This document shows, piece by piece, positions 1-7,708 of a stretch of DNA of 64,000 nucleotides. Position 1 is the stretch's first letter. The number at the start of each line of letters is the position of its first letter. This DNA comes from a virus (Duplodnaviria; Caudoviricetes): IMG/VR virus record IMGVR_UViG_3300020042_009256, positions 1 through 64,000 of that record; one strand, given 5' to 3'. Below the pieces are notes generated by a model. That model was not told the DNA's origin. It did not search any database and saw only the letters and a list, made by a program, of their open reading frames with translations. Made by a program: the position numbers and the translations under genes.

Positions 1-143
1 ACCTGGCCTATGAAATGGCTAATGCATTACGCGCACAATACGAGCCTGACTACTATGAAGACGCAGCAATCTAACTATGACACCGTCACATTAATTGTGG
101 CGGGTGTCTACATCCTATTCACCTTACTCATCCAAGCAATCTC

Positions 144-500
144 ATGGCTCTTACAACGGAACAACAACTCATTGCCTACGCAGTTGGCTACGAACCCCTC
201 ACTGGTGACGAAGCTGAACTTCAGTTCGAACCAGAAGTTACCTACGATCCAAAAGATGGAGGTGTCCCCAAGCCTGGTGCTATCTACCAGAACAAGCGTG
301 GAACCTACCGTTACTACTGGAAGCCAAGCGGTGGTAACTACACCAAAGAAGAGAAGACCCAGCTCGAAGGTTGGTACGACATCCCGTGCCTCGAAGATCT
401 CGAAGAGTGGACCTTCGACTCAGTCTGCTTCACGCCAGACGAAGACGAGGTCGAACCCGACCATCCCGACAGCTGGCTTAGGCTTCTCTACCTAATCTAA
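144..500 (+). CDS. hypothetical protein, acidic C-terminus (EWTFDSVCFTPDEDEVEPDHPDSWL)
   Basis: 118-aa ORF with C-ending codon bias; preferred over the overlapping 10..495 frame; C-terminal motif recalled from cyanophage proteins. Confidence 0.75.
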   Translation: MALTTEQQLIAYAVGYEPLTGDEAELQFEPEVTYDPKDGGVPKPGAIYQNKRGTYRYYWKPSGGNYTKEEKTQLEGWYDIPCLEDLEEWTFDSVCFTPDEDEVEPDHPDSWLRLLYLI

Positions 501-511
501 GTAACAGACCA

Positions 512-624
512 TTTGCTATTCGCAAATAACGAATAGTATGTACCAGGGGTATTGACAGATAAATACTGTCCACCCCCACACCCCCAGTGGGAGTACCAGG
601 AGATACCTTTAATCTTCTAGGTAC
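512..624 (+). other. cluster of intergenic hairpins
   Basis: CTATTCG/CGAATAG (516-536); GGGGT..GACAG/CTGTC..ACCCC (546-576); GTACC-AGGAGAT/ATCTTCT-GGTAC (593-624). Confidence 0.5.
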
Positions 625-663
625 TCACCTTATCTAACCCTCATTCTCTCATCAACTAATCTC

Positions 664-915
664 ATGACAGTAGCTGAACTACCTGATGACATCAATGACT
701 ACTACAAAGCTAAGGCTAGAGACTTACCTGCACGTAAGCGTACTACTGTCGATGATCTAATGGATGCACTAGATAATGCAGTAATCGATGCACTAAACCA
801 TGGTGGTTCCAATGATGCAATCCATGAAGCATTCGAAGCTGTAATCAATCATCCAGACAGTACCTGGTCACCAGAAGTTCTTAGCTACCGCATACGCCAA
901 GTCCATTACAAGTAA
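664..915 (+). CDS. hypothetical protein
   Basis: 83-aa ORF, ATG start, same strand as neighbours. Confidence 0.75.
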   Translation: MTVAELPDDINDYYKAKARDLPARKRTTVDDLMDALDNAVIDALNHGGSNDAIHEAFEAVINHPDSTWSPEVLSYRIRQVHYK

Positions 916-944
916 CCTATACCGCAAGGTTAAGAATGGGTTAA

Positions 945-1117
945 GCATGGAGTTGGTTCGCATTAGAACCTAAGTCTGGTGCGGCCAGACACTCCATGCA
1001 TTTCCATTGGCCTGAACAATGGAACCCCTAACGAAACAACCAGTGGCCACTGGGTCTTGCAAGACTCAGTCATCGTAACACTTGTTACGTGCCCATGGCC
1101 AGGGGTTGACAGCCATG
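945..1117 (+). ncRNA. putative structured RNA leader (three-way junction plus hairpins)
   Basis: GCATGGAGT/ACTCCATGC (945-953/991-999) encloses GGTTC/GAACC and GTCTGG/CCAGAC; four further hairpins and a final CATGGC/GCCATG stem covering the ATG at 1115. Confidence 0.5.
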
Positions 1118-1306
1118 ATAGATTACACACTCACTCAACTGAAACTCATGAAAATAGAAACGAAACGAGCAATGCATGCATTACTTCGATTAAGTATTGC
1201 AGCTGCTGCTGAAGATGAATATGCAACAATCTATTCAGCCTCAACTCTGGAAGATGATTACTTTTACATCCTTGAATTAATTCTTGACAACAACAACGAA
1301 ATTTAA
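1115..1306 (+). CDS. hypothetical protein
   Basis: ATG at 1115 is in frame with track ORF 1082..1306, AGGGG upstream. Confidence 0.6.
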   Translation: MIDYTLTQLKLMKIETKRAMHALLRLSIAAAAEDEYATIYSASTLEDDYFYILELILDNNNEI

Positions 1307-1310
1307 ACTC

Positions 1311-1529
1311 ATGTCCCTGATCAACGACGCACCCAAGCCACGCATCCCTGATGCAATGGATCGCCAACGCCTTGAAGCTATGCAACTTGTTGCGCGGATG
1401 AAAGAATCTGCAGATAAGTTTGGTGTTGGATTCGTCGGTGGCTTTATCAGCCCTGACGGACAAAAGTTTATGATGACCAACATGGACGAAGCTGATACTC
1501 AGGCACTACTGCCGGAGGATCTCAAGTGA
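1311..1529 (+). CDS. hypothetical protein
   Basis: ATG at 1311 in track ORF 1284..1529; GTGA overlap with next gene. Confidence 0.7.
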   Translation: MSLINDAPKPRIPDAMDRQRLEAMQLVARMKESADKFGVGFVGGFISPDGQKFMMTNMDEADTQALLPEDLK

Positions 1530-1726
1530 CACAACGTAAATCCGTAATCAATTTTGATCAAACCATCGCCGGAATTAACATTTCTGAGCGTGGAATACGA
1601 TCTTTTAGCAAATCATTCAAACTTGGACCGTTTCAACTCACGTTGAACGCCCGTAACTCTGGTGTCCGTGGATCGATCTCGATCCCTGGCACAGGGTTGT
1701 CCAAACGAAACATCCAACTGTTCTAA
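1526..1726 (+). CDS. DUF4236-like small protein
   Basis: FSKSFKLGPFQLTLN...GSISIPGTGLS resembles the DUF4236 pattern (RKSIKxGP..xxxGIPGTGLSY). Confidence 0.55.
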   Translation: MTQRKSVINFDQTIAGINISERGIRSFSKSFKLGPFQLTLNARNSGVRGSISIPGTGLSKRNIQLF

Positions 1727-1736
1727 CTCAACTCAC

Positions 1737-1934
1737 ATGACATCAACTCAACTTCACTCCATGATCACACTGATGGATCAATACGGAGGCTCATTTGTCT
1801 CCGCACTTGCACAAGCATTGCGTTATGCCGATCCAACCAATCGTCAACGTTTGCTTGATGCATTCCCTGATATTGTTGCCAAGTATGGTCCTGGTACCAA
1901 GTTTGCACAAGTCAAACAACCCATCGAGGTCTAA
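1737..1934 (+). CDS. hypothetical protein
   Basis: ATG at 1737 in track ORF 1662..1934; GGSFVSALAQAL..ADPTN..RLLDAFPD. Confidence 0.7.
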   Translation: MTSTQLHSMITLMDQYGGSFVSALAQALRYADPTNRQRLLDAFPDIVAKYGPGTKFAQVKQPIEV

Positions 1935-1937
1935 CGC

Positions 1938-2201
1938 ATGTCAGTCCTAGCTATTCACAACTTGCAAATTGATGACAATGATTATTGCACAGTTAAAGCA
2001 TTGGTTGAAGACAGCATTCTTGTCTGTCCACCAACACACGACAACGCTGCTGAGTATGCTCCTGGAGTATGCGAAGCAAAGTTTATTTTGGATTCAGAGG
2101 TATCAATTCCTGTGGATGAAGATGACTTCTGTAGCTATCTTGATTCACTCAATCTGGATTGGCGACTGGTCGAAGTTGACAACTCCGATTTAGACGTGTA
2201 A
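1938..2201 (+). CDS. hypothetical acidic protein
   Basis: 87-aa ORF tightly packed in operon. Confidence 0.7.
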   Translation: MSVLAIHNLQIDDNDYCTVKALVEDSILVCPPTHDNAAEYAPGVCEAKFILDSEVSIPVDEDDFCSYLDSLNLDWRLVEVDNSDLDV

Positions 2202-2206
2202 TTTAC

Positions 2207-2233
2207 CGTCCTAAGCATGACGTTAAACTGCTT
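2207..2233 (+). promoter_or_regulatory. mini H-type pseudoknot motif, copy A
   Basis: CGTC-C-TAAGCA-T-GACG-TTAAAC-TGCTT: stem1 CGTC/GACG, stem2 AAGCA/TGCTT. Confidence 0.7.
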
Positions 2234-2261
2234 GACACTACTTACTCACTACTAATTCAAC

Positions 2262-4103
2262 ATGCAATTCCAACTCCCTGAAAACTTACAAGTCGAGTTA
2301 CTTGCATACGACCCAACGCTTAAGCAACTAGCTCGCACTACTAACGCAAAGACCAAATCATCTAAGCCTAAGTTTCCACTGGGTCAACCTTATACCTTTG
2401 TACCAGAAGATGCAATCAAAGCATCACTGGTACAAGATGCAATTAACTTGATCAATGCTGAGCCAGTCGAACGTAGGTACCATGAATTCAAACGCATCAC
2501 AGGCTTTGGCCCTGATGCTAAGAGTTCAACTGTAGGTATTTTGTATCACTATGAATCAGTGTGGTATGCCGCATGGCTACCCCCCAAAGGTAAAGAACAA
2601 GACTACGTGTATGGCTTTGCCTTTGCATATAAAGATAACAAGACTTCCAAAGGAATGATTCCTTATGTAGTAAGTCAAATCAATGACACACAATTAGTTC
2701 CGTATGGCAGATCTAACTTCATTACCTATTCACGTGTTGTAACCAAGCAAGACATCATCGATGGCTATGACCGTCCAATGTATCTGATACCACAATTGAC
2801 TTGGAATAAAGGTGGGCAGATGCGTGAAGTAGTTAAACGCTTCACAGATTCATTAGCAGATACTATTCCTACATGGAATGATTCTCGCAGTGGAATATTT
2901 GCACGCATTAAACATTCAAGCTACGTTAAGTTACTTGATATAGGACGTTACATTAGCAATGAAGAAGAATGGAATGCCTGGAAACCTACAGTTGATAACG
3001 TCTTTGAAATTATTGATGGTTTAAAGGGTGGCCCGCATGATTACAACTGGGGTTATTACAAACCTATTCGTCACATCATTGACAAACCATTCTTTCGTAA
3101 ATGGATTCAAGCAAGATGTGATGAAGTTATATTGCGTCTAAGTGATACAGAAAATCAATCAGAAATGATTGTTAAACATCCATGGAATCAAATCACTGCC
3201 TTGTTTGAAGCCATTGGTTATGTTAATCGTGTATGGCCTGACTGTCCTGTTGACTACTATCAAACACATATTAATAATTTACTAGCTCTTTATAATCCAC
3301 GTTGGCAGTTCGAAGGTAACCGCGTAAGTAATTGGTTGAATGAGCATATGCCTGTTGCATCATACTTTCACATAGTTGATAAACATATTAACCAAGATTC
3401 AGAGTTAGCTCGTACGCATCGTATGAATAGTACTATTTCTAGCAGCACTGGGCTTACTCAGTATTACTTTACTGAATGGAAAGATACATTACAAATGTTA
3501 CACAAAGTATTGTGTGACAGAGAAGCAAAGAACGAAACACTACCGCCGCCTAAGCGTTGGCGTCTCACTGAGTTTCATGACTATGTACAAGCAGAAGCAT
3601 GGAAAGTTGAAAACACTAATCACAAACTACCTCAAGACCTATTCCCTGCACCTATCAAAGTACAAGTTGAACATACAGAAAAAGTAAATGCAACGTCAAC
3701 ATCTGACAAAATGATTTACAACATTAAAGACAATTTAAATTACGGTAGGCCAATTCTTGATCTTATAGATGGTCATTATAAAGTAACACCAGTTAACTAT
3801 ACATTTTTCCAACCTATTGACACACATCAGTTAGCAGCGTGGGGTCAAACCGTACGCAATTGCGTTGGTGATGCATCCAGCTATGCCGATGGTGTACGCA
3901 AGAAGAAACATTTCATTGTCTTAGCAATGCTTGACAATAAGCCAATGTTCACTATCCAATTGGAAGTGGACAGGGGCATGATGTCAGTTAAACAAATTGT
4001 TGGCATATGCAATGCCAGACTCACTAGTGACCAACAAGATTCCTACACCAAAGCTTTTGCGCAGGCGTTGAAGCTTCAGGAATCTAGGCTACAATCTGCG
4101 TAG
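2262..4103 (+). CDS. PcfJ-like domain protein
   Basis: 613 aa; C-terminal LTEFHDY...LAAWGQTVRNCVG..SYADGV...FIVLAMLDNKPMFTIQL...VKQIVGICN matches the PcfJ pattern. Confidence 0.75.
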   Translation: MQFQLPENLQVELLAYDPTLKQLARTTNAKTKSSKPKFPLGQPYTFVPEDAIKASLVQDAINLINAEPVERRYHEFKRITGFGPDAKSSTVGILYHYESVWYAAWLPPKGKEQDYVYGFAFAYKDNKTSKGMIPYVVSQINDTQLVPYGRSNFITYSRVVTKQDIIDGYDRPMYLIPQLTWNKGGQMREVVKRFTDSLADTIPTWNDSRSGIFARIKHSSYVKLLDIGRYISNEEEWNAWKPTVDNVFEIIDGLKGGPHDYNWGYYKPIRHIIDKPFFRKWIQARCDEVILRLSDTENQSEMIVKHPWNQITALFEAIGYVNRVWPDCPVDYYQTHINNLLALYNPRWQFEGNRVSNWLNEHMPVASYFHIVDKHINQDSELARTHRMNSTISSSTGLTQYYFTEWKDTLQMLHKVLCDREAKNETLPPPKRWRLTEFHDYVQAEAWKVENTNHKLPQDLFPAPIKVQVEHTEKVNATSTSDKMIYNIKDNLNYGRPILDLIDGHYKVTPVNYTFFQPIDTHQLAAWGQTVRNCVGDASSYADGVRKKKHFIVLAMLDNKPMFTIQLEVDRGMMSVKQIVGICNARLTSDQQDSYTKAFAQALKLQESRLQSA

Positions 4104-4116
4104 TCCCCACAGACTT

Positions 4117-4146
4117 GCCGGTCTTAGCCTCGACACTAGGACCGGC
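4117..4146 (+). other. 11-bp intergenic hairpin without U-tract
   Basis: GCCGGTCTTAG-CCTCGACA-CTAGGACCGGC, 7 nt upstream of ATG 4154. Confidence 0.5.
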
Positions 4147-4153
4147 ACCACCT

Positions 4154-4369
4154 ATGACTGACTACACTGACGAACAGCTACTTGCTATGGCAGTGGCTAA
4201 CATGGGTGAATACATTCATGACCATTCACCTCATTACATTTTAATAAATGATCCTCGCAATGAGGATGACTACGATACATGGGTATATGGTTGTGAGCCA
4301 TTGCCACAAGATCACACTTGGCACTCAACATCAATTGATGTAGATGTAAGTCCAAGTGCGCCCGAGTAG
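4154..4369 (+). CDS. hypothetical protein; stop codon lies inside the tRNA gene
   Basis: ATG at 4154 in track ORF 4115..4369; ends GCG CCC GAG TAG. Confidence 0.65.
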   Translation: MTDYTDEQLLAMAVANMGEYIHDHSPHYILINDPRNEDDYDTWVYGCEPLPQDHTWHSTSIDVDVSPSAPE

Positions 4370-4435
4370 CCCAGCGGAAGAGGCAAGCGACTTAAAATCG
4401 TTCCAGCGTGAGTTCAAATCTCACCTCGGGTACCA
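4360..4435 (+). tRNA. trnL: tRNA-Leu(UAA), short variable loop, CCA encoded
   Basis: Acceptor GCCCGAG/CTCGGGT, discriminator A then CCA; D-arm GCC/GGC; anticodon stem AGCGA/TCGTT with loop CTTAAAA; T-arm GTGAG-TTCAAAT-CTCAC. Confidence 0.92.
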
Positions 4436-4455
4436 ACCACTACACATTTAATTCA

Positions 4456-4818
4456 ATGTCAATTCTTGCTTGTTTCCAACACATCATCCCTGACTTCCAT
4501 GCATTCAGTGATGAAGACCAACGCTACAACTTAGGTGCTACATGGACAGCCGCTGATGGCCTTAAGGATTACCACAACCTTGAGCTGCGTTACGTTCATA
4601 ACTCTGAACGGCTTGCGCTCCAAGGGGATCCTCAGCCTGATGGCAGCTGGAAATATGTAGAACCCAATGGTTCTGTCCACACTATTAATCCTGAACGTGC
4701 TAAGCATTTCATGGATCAAACCCAAGCACATGCAACGATCATGTGCACCATGTTAGATAAGCTACGCGAATCAGGTGTTATGTCCGAAGCACTAGACACC
4801 GAGGCTCAAGCTGCGTAA
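4456..4818 (+). CDS. hypothetical protein
   Basis: ATG at 4456 just after the tRNA, in track ORF 4408..4818. Confidence 0.75.
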   Translation: MSILACFQHIIPDFHAFSDEDQRYNLGATWTAADGLKDYHNLELRYVHNSERLALQGDPQPDGSWKYVEPNGSVHTINPERAKHFMDQTQAHATIMCTMLDKLRESGVMSEALDTEAQAA

Positions 4819-4838
4819 ACTACTAACGGAATGTTCTA

Positions 4839-4866
4839 GCCCCTGCGTAAGCGGGGGTCTTTCTTT
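4839..4866 (+). terminator. rho-independent terminator
   Basis: GCCCCTGC-GTAA-GCGGGGGT followed by CTTTCTTT. Confidence 0.7.
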
Positions 4867-5184
4867 ATGACAGACTCAAACATGATCGATCTTAATTTAG
4901 TTCAACAAGTTGTTGATCGTATTCCAGATCACACTTGGGTTGATGTGCGTATTGCAATCATTACAAATGTTGTAGACCACATGCCAGATGAAGTCTTGGA
5001 ACAACTGACAAATGATCCACATGGATATGAAGAAGCTGATGAAATCTTGTCAGCTTATTACACTGATGAACGCAACTTTAATTTAATTGAAGATGCATTT
5101 AACATCTTAGGTGAAGAGACAACTCTTTATTTATTAGATGGCTTGCAACTTGATAAAATTCAACCTATTGAAATAACAGAATGA
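4867..5184 (+). CDS. hypothetical acidic protein
   Basis: 105-aa ORF; ATGA overlap with next gene. Confidence 0.75.
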   Translation: MTDSNMIDLNLVQQVVDRIPDHTWVDVRIAIITNVVDHMPDEVLEQLTNDPHGYEEADEILSAYYTDERNFNLIEDAFNILGEETTLYLLDGLQLDKIQPIEITE

Positions 5185-5405
5185 ATTGCATTAAATGTGA
5201 CTCTACAGTTTGGCGGTGTACAAGAACAGCGCATGACACTGTAGATACTTACATTCGTCAACGGACATGCCAAAACTGTGGCAATAAAACTTATACGGTT
5301 GAAGTTGAACTGCCACCGTATTCAGTTGAGCATCATAGTAGAGACGGCATGCCTAAGATGACACGTTTACGCAATGCTCGCAAAATTACTTTCTCAGCTA
5401 CTTAG
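5181..5405 (+). CDS. zinc-ribbon protein similar to the NrdR N-terminal domain
   Basis: MNCIKC...IRQRTCQNCGNKTYTVE resembles M-x-CPxC...IRRRRxCxxCxxRFTTxE; no ATP cone. Confidence 0.6.
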   Translation: MNCIKCDSTVWRCTRTAHDTVDTYIRQRTCQNCGNKTYTVEVELPPYSVEHHSRDGMPKMTRLRNARKITFSAT

Positions 5406-5410
5406 TAACT

Positions 5411-5740
5411 ATGCCAACTCCAAAACAACCAGCTAAGTTTAAAACTGGTGATCGTGTAGCTGAAAAGCCTAAGCCTTCTTACATACAAACCAAAGACAAA
5501 GCAACAAGTGATCGCATTGCACAGTACCGAGTACAACGCTTAGGTACAGTCACTGGTTATGTATATAAAACTTCACGTACTGGAACTAGATCTCCATACG
5601 TGGAAGTTCAATGGGATCATCTTGCATCACCATGTACCCACGCTCAATGCAGACTTTGTTTTGAAAGTGAGCTGTCTACAGTTTTAGTAACTTACCGTGA
5701 CGCTATTACACTTGACTGCCCTACAAGTATTTGCATTTAG
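5411..5740 (+). CDS. hypothetical protein (possible SH3/KOW-like fold)
   Basis: FKTGDRV...GTVTGY...YVEVQWD. Confidence 0.65.
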   Translation: MPTPKQPAKFKTGDRVAEKPKPSYIQTKDKATSDRIAQYRVQRLGTVTGYVYKTSRTGTRSPYVEVQWDHLASPCTHAQCRLCFESELSTVLVTYRDAITLDCPTSICI

Positions 5741-5801
5741 TTTTTGTTTTGCTTTTTTTCTTGTTAGTTTTATTCTTTGGATTAAAACTTTATAAACAAC
5801 T

Positions 5802-6062
5802 ATGGCCAACGCAAATGATCTTACTAAAGACCGTGCTGCCCGTAGCAAAGGTCTTAATTTCACAGTTAACTTACGTTTATCTCGTGAAGAGATTGAAGCT
5901 GCACGACGTCTGGGAGATGGCAACATCTCAATGGGTGTACGTTGGGCTATACGTTATGCCAATGGGCGTAACATGAAACCAATCAAACTAAGTACCATGC
6001 TTAGGTCTGCTGCAGTACTTGCGGCTCAAATGGAAAATGCTAAGGGCGGGGCCACGCCATGA
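5802..6062 (+). CDS. small DNA-binding protein (ribbon-helix-helix-like)
   Basis: TVNLRLSREEIEAARRLGDGNISMGVRWAI pattern. Confidence 0.55.
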   Translation: MANANDLTKDRAARSKGLNFTVNLRLSREEIEAARRLGDGNISMGVRWAIRYANGRNMKPIKLSTMLRSAAVLAAQMENAKGGATP

Positions 6063-6376
6063 TCAGTGGTACGGCCCTACAGTTACCAACTAGAGCAGAC
6101 AGCAAGAACTCTAGTTCCCTTGGATGATGAGGCTGACGCTGTCCTTCTACACCTCATCAATAGTGTACAACAAATTAAAAGCAAGCAGTGGGTTGTTTCT
6201 CTAAATGTTTACGAGCATGCTGAGCTTCAACTTCTATACGCTTTAACTTTTTCTTTTGTTGTGCCAGGTAAACAATGAATGCTTGAGTCATTTATTTTGT
6301 AACAATTTATACAGAAAGTATAAGTCGTTACTGGAAATTATGTCGTTCATGCGGTAACATTCTCGTACGGGATAAT

Positions 6377-6400
6377 GGACCTGAGATGTCCTAAAACTCA
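6377..6400 (+). promoter_or_regulatory. mini pseudoknot motif, copy D (variant subtype)
   Basis: GGAC-C-TGAG-AT-GTCC-TAAAA-CTCA: stem1 GGAC/GTCC, stem2 TGAG/CTCA; preceded by GATAAT. Confidence 0.6.
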
Positions 6401-6425
6401 TTCATTAACTTTACTTATCATTCAA

Positions 6426-6647
6426 ATGCAACTTACTCCACTTCAAACTGATTGTGTTGTAAAGCTGGCGGCAGCTGATGTCCGTTCTGCAGACACTATG
6501 CTTGGCTTGCTTTTGTTAGAAGGTATCCGATTCTTTTACTGTGATAGCGAACCAGTTAATTCTATTACTTGTGGAGAATTAAACCACAATGTATTAAAAG
6601 AAATGGCTGATGCACTCAACAAAGAAATTCAAAACAACCTCAACTGA
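6426..6647 (+). CDS. hypothetical protein
   Basis: ATG at 6426 in track ORF 6375..6647. Confidence 0.6.
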   Translation: MQLTPLQTDCVVKLAAADVRSADTMLGLLLLEGIRFFYCDSEPVNSITCGELNHNVLKEMADALNKEIQNNLN

Positions 6648-6653
6648 ACTCAA

Positions 6654-7436
6654 ATGAAACTTCTTAAGTTTGCTACAGGAAACGCTAAGCTTTCTAAGCG
6701 TCTGATCTTCTCACTTCCAGCTGGATACTCATGCCCTTGTGCTGGTGTCTGTAAAACTTTTGCAGATCGTGCTACTGGTAAGATTACTGATCTACCACAG
6801 TACACCGGCACAGTTGCAGATGAGTTCCGTTGCTTTGCAGCCATGGCAGAGGTACGTCCTAACGTACGTGAAGCCCGTTGGCATAACTGGGATTTGATTC
6901 GTGAAGCTATCTACTCTACCGAATCAGATACCAAGAAACAACTTGCTGTATTAACGGGTGTTATTGAAATGTCTCTCGCTGTACAACCAGCACTAGACCT
7001 TGTCCGTGTACATGAGTCTGGTGATTACTACACAGAGTTGTACATGCATGCATGGATAAACGCCGCCAGGAATTTTAGTAACATGACGTTCTATTCGTTT
7101 ACTAAATCTCTTGGTATGTGGTACAACCTGCGCAAGTACATACCTAAGAACATGTACTTCACTGCATCATATGGTGGTGTACTTGATTCAATGATTGCTC
7201 AATACCCAAGGACATTTAAACGTTATGCTCGTGTGGTATACACAGAGCAAGAAGCTATTGACCTTGGTCTTGAGATTGATCATGATGACAGTCACTGCTT
7301 AGGTGACAAGCCATTTGCATTGTTAGTGCATGGTAGCCAACGTGCTGGGTCAGAAGCTATGGCTGCGTTAATGCAACGTAAAAAAGCTGGTAAGTTTGTT
7401 GGTTACAACAAGTCACAACAAAAGGTTGCAGCTTGA
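6654..7436 (+). CDS. GP88-like phage protein
   Basis: GNAKL...FSLPAG.SCP..C...C.A...RVHESGDYY...FYSFTKS resembles the GP88 family. Confidence 0.65.
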   Translation: MKLLKFATGNAKLSKRLIFSLPAGYSCPCAGVCKTFADRATGKITDLPQYTGTVADEFRCFAAMAEVRPNVREARWHNWDLIREAIYSTESDTKKQLAVLTGVIEMSLAVQPALDLVRVHESGDYYTELYMHAWINAARNFSNMTFYSFTKSLGMWYNLRKYIPKNMYFTASYGGVLDSMIAQYPRTFKRYARVVYTEQEAIDLGLEIDHDDSHCLGDKPFALLVHGSQRAGSEAMAALMQRKKAGKFVGYNKSQQKVAA

Positions 7437-7474
7437 AATAAATGTAGTAGCATCTGACCATCTTGCACAACACT

Positions 7475-7708
7475 ATGGCCTACGTTATTGCTACGTATAA
7501 AGATGGTCTCCCATACGCTGTTCATGCGTGTGGTGAGACCAATTCATTCCAGCTTGTTGCGTTAGACTCTGACGTAACTTTGAACAAGATCTTTTCCCAT
7601 CCTTATAGGGCTGGTGCATATAACATCTTGTCATGGATTGAAAAGAACGATGACCAGCTCTCCGGTATTAACCTCGATGTTTACGATGAAGCCAAGTTCC
7701 GTAAGTGA
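7475..7708 (+). CDS. hypothetical protein
   Basis: ATG at 7475 in track ORF 7463..7708; overlaps the polymerase start. Confidence 0.65.
   Translation: MAYVIATYKDGLPYAVHACGETNSFQLVALDSDVTLNKIFSHPYRAGAYNILSWIEKNDDQLSGINLDVYDEAKFRK

Noticed and set aside
10-495. 161-aa ORF from the track
   Set aside because: Ser/Thr-rich shadow frame of the better-supported 144..500 gene
1005-1065. Hammerhead-ribozyme-like fragments (CTGAACA...CGAAAC...GTC)
   Set aside because: The core CUGANGA is broken (CUGAACA), and stems I and II do not form
4360-4435. tRNA as attP of a temperate phage
   Set aside because: No integrase, repressor cassette or duplicated tRNA 3' end in the window; cannot be excluded outside it
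6066-6291. 70-aa + strand ORF or a 38-aa - strand ORF (MTQAFIVYLAQQ...)
   Set aside because: Neither has convincing start signals or motifs; left unannotated
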